A DNA stretch of 48,045 nt, counting the filler, from Catajapyx aquilonaris (taxonomy: Eukaryota): assembly GCA_000934665.2 (NCBI GenBank). It is 2 parts of 2 records of this genome, joined end to end, with 100 filler letters (N's around TTAATTAATTAA, not from the genome) between each part and the next. Parts side by side here need not be neighbours in the genome. Positions count along the whole stretch, not along the records: positions 1 to 23,979 come from JYFJ02005591.1; 1 more part is not named here. One strand, written 5' to 3'. Position numbers and translations under genes: made by a program. Below are positions 1-13,071 of the stretch, piece after piece. The notes beneath the pieces are model-generated. The model saw nothing but the letters and a program-made list of their open reading frames with translations. It did no database searches and had not been told where the DNA came from. Position 1 is the first letter of the stretch. Each line of letters begins with the position of its first letter.

Positions 1-235
1 CCTATATTTTGCAAAAGTCCTTTTTTTGTCAAAAGGAAACTTTTCATGACAATCGTTGCTGACTTTTCAAACTTTCGTCATTTTTGGACCACCCTAGTCC
101 ATATGCATCATACTGTATAACTGCCATACCCCAGTCAACTCACCAAAAGGAATGCCTGAAATGTCTTACGATCAACCAGGTGAATAAATATATCACTCTG
201 CAGCTTCAACCAATGAAACTCTATACTTCTGATAT

Positions 236-2097
236 TCAACTTGGTGCATTTGCAGAAGGTTTGGCACTCTTATCAGCTGCTTTTGGAGGTGCAGATCTGG
301 CATAATGCACCACCATGGGTTTCCCCTTGAGCATAAATCCATTTGCCTCTTGCAAGGCCCTGCTAGCCTGCTCCACACTCGGCAGATTCACAAATGCCTG
401 GCCCTTCATGCGGCCTTCCTGCATAACACGGACATCAAACCTGGAAGTGAACAGCACATTAATCATCAAGAGCAAAGCGTTCTGGATATAGCAACTCACA
501 TATTCCTCTCCTCTTCCGAGTCCCACCGAACAAAACCGCCAAAGACTTCAGTCAAGTCTTTCTCTTCCACCAGCCTGGCCAGATTCTTTATGTACAGGCG
601 AGATGTTGGTTCCCCTGGATTATACTTGGAAAATACTGGAAGCTGGCCCATCTCTGAAATCCAACATTGTGACATTACCTGAGGATCTCATGTTTGAATG
701 TTCTGGTATCACTAGCTTTACATTTGTGAAAGGACATGATAATGTCAGTACCCAGTTCAAATGTGGCTAATAAATATACTAGATGAGAGTTACCTTAGTT
801 GAAATCTTGCTGAATTTTGCCTGATTTAGGATTTACTAATTTCACAGTATTTAAGTAATTAACCCACCTCTCTTTGAAATCCTGTTGTGAGCAAGATCTG
901 ATAGCGACAGGAACTGTCCCTTGGCAGAAGGCAGCTGGGAAGAATCTCCATCTTTCCCGCCAGCCTCTTTCTCCTTCCTGGAGGCCTCGTCTTCAGGTGG
1001 TGAGAACAGACCAAACCCACCTCCCTCCTCCACCTCTCCTCCTTCATCCAACCCTATCTTGGCACCACCGACCTTCAGAGTGATGGCCTTGGTCACAGGA
1101 GGAGCCGCCGCCACCTCAAAAGCCTCTTCAACTGCTACTTTTGGCCCAGGGGCCACCACAGGGGCCACCTTTTGCAACCTCAGCCTCTTTTTAACCTCCT
1201 CTCTGGAATCCAGTGGCCTTTTTCTAGTAAGTGCTGGCCTAGGAACCAACTCATGGGGCATCTCCTCACCACTGGACTCCATCTCCGACTCCTCCTCTGA
1301 CTGAGGCAAAGGTGGCCCGGAGTCCATAGCAAAAGGTGGGGGCAAACCCATCCGATTCATAAGGTGCAGGACTTGGGTGTAGAGCTTCGGCACAGTTGCA
1401 ATCGCCTGAGATATGTTGGCGAGTGTGGCCGGGGTTGGGGGAGGGTACCGATATTTCAGGTGAGGCGAAATATGGGGCAGACCGAGGGCAAGGGAGTTGA
1501 AGGCCGACACCTTGCGCTCACACGCTCTCACTTGAGACGGCACCATCGGAACCCTGAAAAGCAACAAGGCTGAGCTTTAGAATGGAAATACCCCATATTG
1601 CCCGACTAAAACTCACCCCTTACGCGCATCAAGTTCCTTCACCTCATCCTGGTCTCTCTTCTCCCTGGCGTATTCCACCACCAGGACGGACCCCATGATT
1701 CTCAGCTGGTGCAACCTGTTCAGCGCATACTCCGCATCCTCCTCTCTCCCAAAACTGTTCCATGCGAAAGGAAGGAAATCCAGTAGTGGTTAGCAGCGGC
1801 CATTCACATACAACTGCTGTTCCAGAACCGGCGTTGGCAATAACCAAACCGGTTCTGGAACAGGTCTGGTTTCTCTCTAGTCGTGTGAATGCCCCTCCCC
1901 AATAAGTTATAAACTGACTGTGCAAAAGCGGTGTCCCTGTGCCTCCCTTTTCCACCCATGGCTTTGCTGGCACCAAAGTACACCAGAAGCTCCTCTTGCT
2001 CCTCTGCAGACAGGCCTCGAGGCAAGTGCTTCACCACCAGCACGCTCTTGTTGCCCCAGGCGGTGGGCGAAGGCGGGCAACCAGAAGTGGAGGACAT
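236..2097 (-). CDS. RNPC3: RNA-binding region-containing protein 3 (U11/U12-65K, minor spliceosome); exons 2097-1919, 1754-1617, 1553-868, 653-500, 440-236; ~453 aa
   Basis: RRM1 (LVVKHLP...AFAHFGREEDAEYALNRLHQLRIMGSVLVVEYA), conserved middle region (HLKYRYPPPT..TLANI..A...VPKLYTQVLHLMNRMGLPPPF...EEESEMES), RRM2 (YNPGEPTSRLYIKNLA...MQEGRMKGQAFVNLP...ANGFMLKGKPMVVHYARS). All introns GT..AG; 1362 nt in frame. Confidence 0.93.
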
Positions 2098-2465
2098 CCT
2101 GCCCAAAACTTGGACCAAAAAGAACGAATCTTCTAGTTCGTAAAAAAAAGAAAAAAGTGATGGAAAATGTGAGTAACGTTCGATTTCGATTGTATCTCGA
2201 AGGTTCATGCCGTAGCCTCCAGATGGCAGATGTGACGCACGCAATACTGTACCGTATTCATAAACATGATTTTGTTGACAATTATTTTTATTTGCAGGCC
2301 AACACATGCGCTGGCTACACAACAATGGAAACAAAACGTATGTTCATTACATTACGATCGAACAAACCAGTGAATATGCAACGACCAAACTAAGGAAAAA
2401 AGCCGTATCTGCATCATTGCAGATACGGCTTTTTTCCTGCGCACGGCGGCTTATGCCTCCTCCTA

Positions 2466-3501
2466 CTAGTTGGACTCCAGGCATGCCGAATGCCTGGATG
2501 AAGCGGATGTCGTCGAACGCCTGGATCCTGCTGATGAAGGGGATAATGGTGGTAATCCTGATTGTGATCCCCGTGGCGATGCACTAGGCGATGCCCGTGG
2601 CGATGCTCTTGGCGATGTCGTTGGCGATCTGACCTTCTCCGACGAGAACGTGACCTTGGCCAAACTCTTCTTGATCTTGGACATTGAGGCTCGAACCCTG
2701 GATCCCTTAGGAGACAGTTTTGACTTCTCTTCGGGAGGACGAGGTACCATCTTCTCAACCCCGGCTGCCCTGGCCCCTGGGTAAGGAGCTGGGTCGGCCA
2801 TGCAGAAGACGGAGCCACGGGCTGGTCTGTTCGGGAAGGAGTCGATCGGGGCCTCCCAACCGATGTAGTCGACAGGCAGGGTCAGGTAGTGCTTGGGGTC
2901 AGCTGGGGAACAATTGACCTCCCTCTTGACCGCCTCGTCCAGCAGTGGTATCGGGGCCTCCGGTGGCATCTGCCAGGTCGGCCATGTCTCGTCGTTCTCC
3001 TCGATGGACGACCGACGTCTGGCCAAGTACTTCACCTGCAGGACGGACTCGCAAAACTCGTCGACATTGGTGTCCCTCATGGTCACCTTGATGGTCATCA
3101 GGCCCCTCCAGCCTCCTCCAGGCTGTGGCTTGACCTGCATGGTCATGACCTGACCTCCCCAGCAGGGCTGCCTGGTCTCGATCTCGGACAGAGAGATGAA
3201 TGGGATGGACATGGACTGTAGAAGGTCGCCGGGTGTGTTGGTCACGTACAGGATCCTGTGAGTGGTCAGGTACAGCCGTCCTGACTTCTCAGGCTTGGCG
3301 ATAAGGCTCGGCCTCAGCATCATCTCGGGCCTTATGAAGGACAAATGCGCCTTGCTGTAGAACAGGAGTATGCTGAAAAATGGATGTTTTATAAGATCAG
3401 AAATACATTACACAGCCTCACAGCCTCACTAACTATTCGTCTGCATGGATGAGGACACCTCCATGCGTTGGACTGCCCCAATGGCAGGTGTTCAGCGACA
3501 T
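2466..3501 (-). CDS. WBP2: WW domain-binding protein 2-like (PH-GRAM domain), divergent; exons 3501-3434, 3372-2466; ~324 aa
   Basis: N-terminus MSLNTCH...GGVLIHADEYILLFY, GRAM core SGRLYLTTHRILYV...LQSMSIPF...QPCWGG...QPGGGWRG, and FPNRP..SVF..PAPYPG all resemble arthropod Wbp2. It may be a paralog rather than the ortholog. Confidence 0.8.
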
Positions 3502-4044
3502 GGCTGCAGACTTCAGACAATCCGTCCAGCAAGGCTGTTTGGAATGGAACTACAGTAATTCAGAAGCAGGCTCAATTTCCAATGGAACGGAACACAAAAT
3601 AAACAAACTTCCTTGAGATTGATGAGGGCTCGATGGATTCCATGGTAACAGTAGTAGCCTGTTGCAAGACAGAACAACTCACCAATCTAGCAGAAAGTGT
3701 AGCCGTAATAACTCCAAGAGATAATAAATATTTGTTCTGAAACATATATAGCCATACTCGTACATGAAATATGCTCATGTCATATATGCTCATATCAAAC
3801 CAGAGTTGGTCCCAGATGGGAGAGACTGTCGTATATTAATGGATCATGCACGTGTCTTCCTAAATAATAAAATGGAAAATTTCTAAAACGAGATGCTAAT
3901 AATATCAAGCGAGCGTCATCACCTTTTGTCAATATGTCGCGCTTGATTCTACCGCCATTAAAATATTTAAATGCATCGCTATGTATAGTCAGCGACGATA
4001 TATAAAGTGAAATCCCACAGTTGGTTGGCCTCTCAATTGCCATC

Positions 4045-6037
4045 ATGTTTCTTCTTCTGTTTCTGATCATCTCAATGGTGCAAGGTGCCATAATATTGAA
4101 CAATTCAAACTCGGGTGTCGAGCATTTGGTTGCCAGTCTGATTGAAGAAGTGCATGACAGGTATGACCACTGTATGTTGATAGTTGGACATGATTATGCC
4201 GTGCTCCCAGCTCCGATTCAGGCGATGTTGGGTGGTCATCGCCTGGTTCTGTCCATTCAATGGACGCCGGAGACGCCACCTCCGACCCCAAACCGAGGCC
4301 CTCCACATGACCAAGATTTTGAGTACTGGTTCTCCTGGCTGGACAGACCCACAGCCAGAAGAGTGTCCAGCAACTGCGCCTTGGTTGCCATTCTCTTCAG
4401 GTCCGTGGACCACTTCCAGCCTCTGGTCCAGCACCTGGCCAGCACCATCCTGCTGCACACGGCCTCGGACAAATTCTTATTCTGGAGTCCGGAATCAGAT
4501 GCTGTACGAAAAGTCATGCAGGACAGCTTGAGCAGCACCTTCCTCTACCAACTAGGGGTTGAAGATGATGGTGCAGGCTCCCTGGTTCTGCTCAGCAACT
4601 GTCACTTCTGCCAGCGAGGTGAACAAGACCTTATCACCATTGGACACTACCGATGCAAAATCATCCCATCCGATCTGGAGGTATATCCAGACTACACCAA
4701 AAATCTGCAGGGAAAGCATCTCAATGGAAGTTTCCCATTTGATTCTACTCCAGGAGAGGTCAGGTACTGTACATTTTTTTCCTATGGCTCCAAGCTCCAA
4801 TTACGACTTGCTAACATACCTTCTTATATATCACAGGTATCTAGTGGACAACTTTCTACCAGTCCTTCCGTACCTGCTGTTCTACGTGGACATCGGAGAG
4901 GCCATCAACTTCAGCTGGCATCTAGAATCTGTCCCTGAAGAGGAAGGTGTCGACCCTGAAATGCAGCTTCCAGATGGGAACTGGACCGGAATGATGAGCC
5001 TAGTCGTGTCCAAGAAGGCCGATTTCGCTGTAGGAAGACATGGACATCTGAGTTCCCGAGTTTCAGATTGGCCTCAGCCTCACATTATCACATACATGTC
5101 ATTCATCCGACGCGCATCTCGACCGTTGTATTCATGGAGGCCTGTGATCCAGCCGTACACCCCTGGAATGTGGGCACTCATCCTGTCAGCAATGGTGGCC
5201 TGCAGTTTCCTATTGTATCTCATCCTCAGAGTGTTGTCTCACATTCTGCATGCAACACGCCCAGCCCGTTCCTTGATGTCATACTCCTATCGCCTGGTAT
5301 TCTCCACTTTGGTTGAGCAGCATCCTGACCTGTATCCTTCAGCCTCTTCAGCCCGTGTCTTCATCGCCTGCTGGTGGATCTTCTCAATGGTGATAATCTG
5401 TGGGTACGACGCCAGACTGATCGGATTTCTGGCCAAGCCGGACATGGAGGTGCTTCCAAACGACTTCAAGGAGCTTTTGGCTCATCCCAGCTGGCAATGG
5501 GGGATAATCGGGTTCATGAAGCCTTACTACAGGATGTTGGTCCAGGAATCGGAGTACAGTTACCACCATGAGATCACACCCAAGCTGCAGGACGGAGGAA
5601 GCATGCTGCAGTGTATGACCAGAACCCTGGAGGAAGACTTCTCTTGCTTTGGAATGATGGAGCTGCTGGTGGCCATGTCTCACCAGTACATGGATCTGGA
5701 AGGAAGATTTGCTTCCAAGATTTCTGACGAATCCTCACTCTTCGTCTTCGGAGGGTTGGTCTTTCCTAAGCACTCGATTATAACGCCGATCGCTAACAGG
5801 ATGGTTCTCTACAGCGGAAGTGCTGGATTGCTTGTACGGCACGACGAGTATTTCAAGTACACTTGCATGCTGATGGGAATGAAGGATGCTCGCAATGAAA
5901 ACAGGTCATACAAGTATTCGTTGGCCCTTCACTTGAGTCAGCTGAAAGGACCGATCGCCTTTCTTGTACTCTTTTATGCACTTGCTTTGGCTTGTTTTTT
6001 GGGCGAGCTTTTTCATTTTCGGACAGCTAAAAAATAA
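4045..6037 (+). CDS. Divergent ionotropic receptor (variant iGluR chemoreceptor); exons 4045-4763, 4837-6037; ~639 aa
   Basis: Signal peptide MFLLLFLIISMVQG; YPDYTKNLQGKHL; S1 DGNWTGMMSLVVSKKADFAV; M1 QPYTPGMW; pore/M2 STLVEQ..PSASSARVFIACWW..GYDARLIGFLAKP; M3 LHLSQLKGPIAFL. A 73-nt GT..AG intron joins the two ORFs in frame. Confidence 0.88.
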
Positions 6038-7770
6038 CCAACTGTCTATTTTATGGCCTGCAGTGAGGTTCCATTGTCTCATTTGTGAATATTAGTGCTA
6101 TAGCAATCAACTGATGATGCTGCAAACCTCTCTGTTCACAATATTGGAGACTGCATCCATTGTTGGTTTAGATTATTGCTTTGTGTAGTTTTATCTCAGA
6201 AAGTAGCATAATATCCAGTGCATTGTATAACTATACAGAAATATCTGTTCATGACATAGAACGTTTACTATAACAACCACAATCTAGACGGATGTAAAAG
6301 CAACTTTATCTGTGAATGCAGAAAATGTACTAGAAATATTGCTGCGGTAACCGTAAGAAAAACTTTGGTATTGAAGTGTAACAAGTACTTGAATAAACCG
6401 TGCATTCCAAATCATTTTTGCCTCACCTTTTGTCGCCACCTTCACCTCGAGCATGATACGACCGATCATGAATTTATGACACTATATGTAGACCTAAGAG
6501 TTCTGTGCATGTTCCAATTTGAAATATTTGTTTCTCCTGCCCTGTAGCACATAAGTATTATGTTAATATTACATATTAACGTAGGCCCAAAATAATTCCT
6601 TCTGCTAGTACCATACCATTTAAAAATACCCTGGCTGGACGTCATATCCGCATTATCTGGCACGAATCAGAATTATGTAACCTCTCTCTTATTAATAAGA
6701 AACGGGACAGCAGGTCGATACTAATTTAACAAGAAAGGCTGTCACTTACGTGTGCTGTACATTTTATTTTTTATTTAAATAGAGCGCCACGTGACAAGTG
6801 TCGGCATCTGTCCGCCGGAAGCACGAAACTACTTTTTTTTTTATTTCTTTGCTTGAAGAGACACGAAGATTTTGGAACATGGCCTCCTCTGCTGGTGGGA
6901 ACGAGGTGAAGAAAGGAAGAGTTCGGCTGCAGCTGGCCCTTGTTTAGAACCGAAGAACGGGAAGGTAACCGTCTTCCGGGGGGTTGGTCAGGGCCGTGAA
7001 AGGAAGGGGGCTCAAGGACACGAGTAGGCTGGTGCAAGATAAGCCACAGATGACCCAAGTCAGGAGAAGTTTGATAGGTTTTAACTGGTTTTAATTATTA
7101 TTATAAGAACAAGAAGGAATAATATTGGTGGGGGAATAGCCTGCGCAATACGCGCACTGAGGTGAGGCCGCTACCAGAATAATACGTGCGGCCTATTCTG
7201 TAACGGCCATATCCTGCCACCCGATATGATCTAAACAGATGTGCGGTTCTGTTCAAGTCACCTTGACCTAGCAATGAAAGTTTGCTTATATTTTTCTGCT
7301 TGCCTTATGGGAAAGTATAATAATGAAAACATGTGTGAGTAACCATGGATAATATTTTTATGATAGCTGAGAGCGGAATTTTTTACAAGCACGTGAAGGT
7401 AAATACTGTAAAACCTAGATATAACGCTCCTGCACGTAAAGCTGCCCTGTTAATAACGCTACATTTGGGCGGTCCCTTGAAGAGCGTTATATTGAGGTAA
7501 AAGGTTATGATATTATTGGTACTATAATGAAGGCATGTGATGTAATCTCCGATAAGTCTTCTATTTTACAGTTAACTAGAAACAAGAAATTTCCAGAGTG
7601 TCATGAACAGTACTGGGAAAAGTTATCTGGTTTTGTTATTTACATGTGAATTAACATTGCAAAAATTTTCACCGTACCCACGGAATTCAAATTAGTTTCG
7701 GCATTATTTTAGGACCTGCATATTAATCCTCATGTCCTTCTTTCCAGGGCCAAAATTTTTAGTGACAACC

Positions 7771-10404
7771 ATGGCAGACATTCACCGTCGTGGCCAGCTT
7801 GGTATCAACGACTCCCTTTTGACCGTGGCCCTAGAAGCAGGAGATTTCAAGGAAGCCGAGCGCCTCATCTTGGAGCACACACAGAGCGGGACTGAAGATC
7901 CCTCTTTTCTGAATGATGGACCATACGAACGGACACCTCTGGCTATCCTCCTCTCAAGCGATGCGGAGCTGCGGCATCACCCTCGTCACCTCCGACTCGC
8001 ATGGCTGCTTGTCCAAAATGGTGCCGACTCCAACCTGAGGGTTCCACAGCCTGATCTGACTGGAGCAAGCGCCAGCCCCATGGAGGAAGTGGCAATGCTG
8101 TACCTTGCCCTGCAGGAGGTCTGCCGAGGCAAAAAGGGGACAGTCACTACCGCTGGCGGAAGTGGAATACATGATCCCCTCAACACTATTGGGCTTGGAG
8201 ACGAGGAGGGACTCACTGCAGAGGAGCTGAGGGACCAGCTGGTGGTTTTGATTGACTTATTTCTGGGTAAGTGCAACAGAGCAGTACGACTTTTGCGTAA
8301 TTCCATACCGATATAAACCACCTTGAGCAAGAAAAATGGCTTCCCCACCAACGTTTTTTCATTATTTATTGCGTCAGGTATTTCTCCTGCAAATAATATC
8401 AATTGGCCGTTGTTCTTAGAAATGCAACTCATTCTAGGTGCAGGAGGTGATCCCAATGGAACCACAACCCTTGGCAATTCATCTCTCTTCCACATGGTTC
8501 TGGCAGGCAGCCCAACTCCTGACCTCCCTTTAGTTCAGCGGCTCTGCGAATGTGGTGCGAAGGTCAATCTCAGCAACGTACATGGAACAACACCAATGAT
8601 GGATCTTGCATTGTGTGAGGACGGTGCGGAGGCTGTGAAGGTGATGATGTATCTGTTTGGCCGAGTGAAAGGCGACCTGGACATCTGTGCTGAGAACTGC
8701 GTGGGAGAGACGGCTCTCTGGCGTGCCATGTTTGTGGGCCATTCCAACCTGGCTGTGGAGCTGCTGCGGCGAGGTGCTGACTGCTCTTCTAGAGCTGTGG
8801 TGGAGTATCGTCCAAGAGTTGCTGGTATGAGCCTTGCCCACACGTCACTGTCAGCTCTACTAGCACCGCTGTTGAATGACTCCCGTCCATTTATGAATTA
8901 CTCGTGTGTGTATGCTGAAAGTAATCACCATGCATACCGCATGGCATCATACTTCCACAAGCGGTTGGTGGACAAGATTGTGGACAGTTCAGTGGCACCA
9001 GTGGTTGATGCTGGGTTTCTGAATACATCTGACATTCATGATGAGTTGCGCACGTTGTTGACTCGTAGCACCTACTACCATCATTTGACGGATCCAGACC
9101 GGGTATGTAAATTAAAAAATTCTTTCAATCTGCCAATGGGTATGTCACTCGTCGTGAGAACAAAAAGTTCATTTGAGAATGTCGCCAGCAGTCTTAACTT
9201 GGAACAGCAAGTACTGTTGTACAGGCTAGTGGGATGAACATGATCCTTCCTTCGTCACCAATAAGAATGAGTGCCAGATGAAGTGTAGTAATTGAATTAT
9301 GATTTGTAATTTATTTTAAGAAACTGTTGCAGGCAAATCAATTGCATAACAATTTACTAATGCGTACACTGCCATCCATAAATATCAAGTACTTTTTTTT
9401 AGAGGTCATTTTGACAAGGTCCGATTGTTCAATGTGGTATGCAAAATAACGACAACAGAGTATAATGTAGTGCACTAGTTAGGAATTGTCTGCCATGCAT
9501 TATTAACAAACTTTGCATCTATTACTAGGTGCGTCCAGACTCGCTTGTGCCCCTCATGTTTGGGCGTACGTCGGCTGGACTTCGACAACTGTGTGTACGG
9601 GAAATCATCAATCACCATGTGTTTGACTCAGGTCAGGTCGATCTTTTGAAAGAAATTAGTGGCATGACGGACCCAGTGGTAGATGGTGATGACGTCCACA
9701 AGAAAATTGCGTACCATATGACGCCAAAGTGCATGAAAGAGTTTGTTCAGAGGCTTCGCCTTCCAAAGTCACTTATGGTGTACTTTGAGGTTGAGGCAGC
9801 AAAAGTACAGTTGAGCGCGGTGTTGCACATGCATCAGAGTGTAGATTGCACTCAGAACTGTGAGGGTGATTCAGATGAATCGATGAATGACGCTTCTGAC
9901 TGGGAGGAGGAGGAGACTAGTGGATCTGATTATTTAAGCAGTGGTGGTGGTGACTCTTCCTCCTATGAGGTAGAGTCGTCCAGCTGGAGCGATGGTGATT
10001 ACGACAATGACGAGACTGATTCTGATGCACCGAAATCCTCATGTACAGAGAGTAGCAACGGTCCGAATTCCAATTGCACAGATGATGCAGATGCACCTTT
10101 GAATTGTGGAGGTGACTTGGCTGTATCTATACTACGCCCAGATGCTCTTCAGTTAGAGTGCGTGAATGATGAAGATGCTCCAAAAAATTCAAGTGCACAA
10201 GAGACACCTATTGTTACCAGCCCACATGACATGCCAAAGTCCTCTTGTGAAGATACTCCTAAATCTGATGGCATTGACAGTGCGCACAAATCTGCTGGCA
10301 CGGATGGCACTTCCAGTGGGGAAGACATACCGTCAGATGTCAATCGAGAATATTACGAGGAATTTGTGGATGACGCAGCAACCCCCAGCGAAAAAGATAT
10401 CTAG
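7771..10404 (+). CDS. Ankyrin-repeat protein with internal SOCS-box-like motif and long acidic tail; exons 7771-8266, 8438-9102, 9529-10404; ~678 aa
   Basis: Ankyrin motifs (RTPLAILL...LLVQNGADSN; GAKVNLSNVHGTTPMM; GETALWRA...VELLRRGAD); BC-box-like GLRQLCVREI and Cul-box-like LRLPKSLMVYF; D/E/S-rich C-terminus. Splice phases are consistent (2037 nt). Confidence 0.8.
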
Positions 10405-11047
10405 TCAAAATACACTGTTCAATACAAGTGCTCCCAAATTTTCTGTTGAAAAAAAAAAATGTTTTTTTTTGGTTATGTGGTAATGGGCAAGTTTCTTTTT
10501 CGAGGGGGGGTAGGGCCCAAATTATACTCGGGAGACTGGGATGCGAGTGTAACAACTCAGGGAGGATGTGTGAGCTAACAAGTATTAGTAAGGCTGTTTT
10601 GGAAATTTGATTACTTCTGCTGTGAATTAATCACTCAAATGGAATGTGATGAAAAAATAATGTTATAATTCCTTTGAATTATATGCACAAGGTAATGTAA
10701 AAATAATAATAAATATATTAAATTAATTGGTTTCTTCTGCTACATAAAAACTGGGTTTTTTCATCTAATGGGTAAGAAAAATAATCGTTCCAATGTGGTG
10801 CCAACAGTATTCCAGATTAAATTTTTTAACATGTTACCGACAGTTTCATGCCAGTTCCTTGCATCAATTACTCTCAAGAGTGCAGCCAAGCTGTAAATAA
10901 ATCTACTTTGCAATGCTAAGCAACCCCTGACAACAACAATCTGTCATGAAAGTTATACCAGCAAGTTACACTGTCGGTTTTAAGGTTGGTTCTAGTGGCC
11001 AAACATAACTTGGGCTACGAGGCTTCTACTGACCGTCAAGTCCAGCA

Positions 11048-11687
11048 ATGGATATCATACAAGGGTATCAATTGGAGATGAAGAATGGGGAGCAGCTACC
11101 TCTGGACGAGGCCTTGCAAGGGATTGATTTGGTGGCCTTTTATTTTGGTGCCGGATGGTGCCCACCTTGCCTCATGTTCATCAACTCCCTTGGGGAAGTC
11201 TACAAGGTAAACATCTTCACATTTGTTACTATCTATCAAAAGTTACCTGCAGTGTTGTCAACTTTTACAGGAGGCTCACAAAAGCGATATTTCTCTGGAA
11301 GTGATTTATGTGAGCAGTGACGAGACTGATGACGACAGGCTGCACTATTTCAGGAACCATCCATGTGACTGGTTGGCGCTTCCATGGAGTGGCACTGCTG
11401 CCGAGTGAGCACCAGCAGCCCCGGCTGTTTATAGTTTTCACTTGATGAGTTTTCCTCGTATGATTAAAACTGAAGGTGTATTTCATTCCAGGGATCTTCG
11501 TAAACGCTTCAATGTAGCCAGCATCCCTATTCTTGTTGTCATTACCAGAGAAGAAGGACGCTTAATCACGGCCGATGGGAGGCAGCAAGTGCAAGAACAA
11601 GGCACCAACGTCCTCCAGCTCTGGATCCAGATGTTCAAAGAGCCACCAACCACTGAAGAAAAAACCCAGCCAAAGCTGTGGGAATAA
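11048..11687 (+). CDS. Single-domain nucleoredoxin/tryparedoxin-like thioredoxin, copy 1 (WCPPC); exons 11048-11206, 11271-11404, 11492-11687; ~162 aa
   Basis: VAFYFGAGWCPPC, LEVIYVSSD, DWLALPW, FNVASIPILVV...GRLITADGRQQV: TryX/NRX-type fold motifs. Confidence 0.9.
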
Positions 11688-12401
11688 GAAAACACCTTGT
11701 AGTTGTAAACTGTCAGTAAAAGAGGATTACGAGGTGATTAGCGGTTTTCAGTTGCTTTTGCTGCTTGACTTCAGGCAGGCTGTGTATTGACCACTACAAC
11801 TAGGATCAGTAGGATTGTCCGAGAGAAAAGCTGGCGAGCACAACCTTTTTTTTTTTTCTTGTGGCAATACTGATGACTATAGGTAACTATGGCACCCCTT
11901 TATTGCAGTCCATTGTTGCTTTCAGTAAACTACATACTCAAAAGAGAACAGGTATGTTCATCTAACAACCTTCAACAGTTGATGATCGTACAGGCACAGT
12001 GATTCAAATAGTGTTCATCAACTTAAAAAATATTCAGTTTGCCATAGTAACCCATACAAGAATGCAGTGTCTTGTGTTAGAAAAACCTCGTAAATCTTGC
12101 AACACAAAATAGATCTACTTTGAGGAACAATACAGATTGCGGACACACTTGAAATAAATGTAATCAAAATTTTTTCACTCTGCTGCTGGTACATTATTAT
12201 TGAACATCAGAATAAATAATAATGCTTAGCAACTGGTTGTTGACATTAAGACATTTTGTTCTGACTTCCCTCCCTAGCCCTTGGGGTGAAGGGGTGCATG
12301 AGAGAATCTGCAAGGACTTAGAACAACCACTATCCTTTGGATCTGCTGGTCAAATCTTGGAAGTTTGGTGCCCCCCCTCCCAAAAAAAGGCATTAAAAAA
12401 G

Positions 12402-13071
12402 ATGGACCTACTTGAGGGAAAGGAGCTGGAGCGCCAGAACGGTCAGCGAGTATCCTTGGACACCGCCTTGGATGGAAAGGACATTTTAGCCCTTTACTTT
12501 GGGGCCGAGTGGTGCCCCCCTTGCCGCATGTTCGTCCCTGCTCTCTGCCAGGTCTACCAAGTACGTACATAGTAATCAGTGCGTCGGAAACGGTATGCAT
12601 TGTTTGCTGTGTGTATGACTCCTGTGAACTGCGAAATTTCACTTGCTGAGTAGTGGCTGTCAGTGTTGGTTAACTTGCACTGTGAAGCTCACTGCAATTC
12701 ATTTGATTGCAGGCAGCTAAGGAAAACAATGTTGGCTTGGAGGTGATTTTTGTGAGCAGCGACGAGACAGACGAGGACATGAAGCACTACTTCACCACCC
12801 ACCAGGGGGACTGGCTTGCGATCCCGTTCGACAGCACCATCTCAGGGTGAGTGATTGCAAGTGATTGCATGTGGATCTGCCGTTGCATTGCAAAATATCC
12901 TTTTTCAGTGATTTGCGCACACGGTTCCATGTGGCCAGCGTTCCAGTGGTGGTGGTTATGGCAAGAACTGGGGCCATACTTTCCACTGAAGGGAAACAGG
13001 AGGTGCAGAACTTTGGACCAGAGGCCTACAAGCGATGGGTAGAGCTTTTCAAGAATCCACCTGAGGCTTGA
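12402..13071 (+). CDS. Nucleoredoxin/tryparedoxin-like copy 2 (WCPPC); exons 12402-12560, 12713-12846, 12909-13071; ~151 aa
   Basis: LALYFGAEWCPPCRMF, LEVIFVSSD, HQGDWLAIPF, FHVASVPVVVV. Same intron positions and phases as copy 1. Confidence 0.92.

Noticed and set aside
1..235. USSE (tandem U11 5' splice-site motifs) in the RNPC3 3' region
   Set aside because: No tandem RTATCYTT on the sense strand; only one imperfect GTTTCCTTTT. It could lie outside the window.
305..3221. Numerous plus-strand ORFs overlapping RNPC3 and WBP2-like
   Set aside because: Antisense shadows of GC-rich coding exons with no domain features.
12895..12905. ATATCCTTT, resembling a U12-type 5' splice site
   Set aside because: It lies in the pyrimidine tract of an ordinary GT-AG intron whose position is shared with the paralogs.
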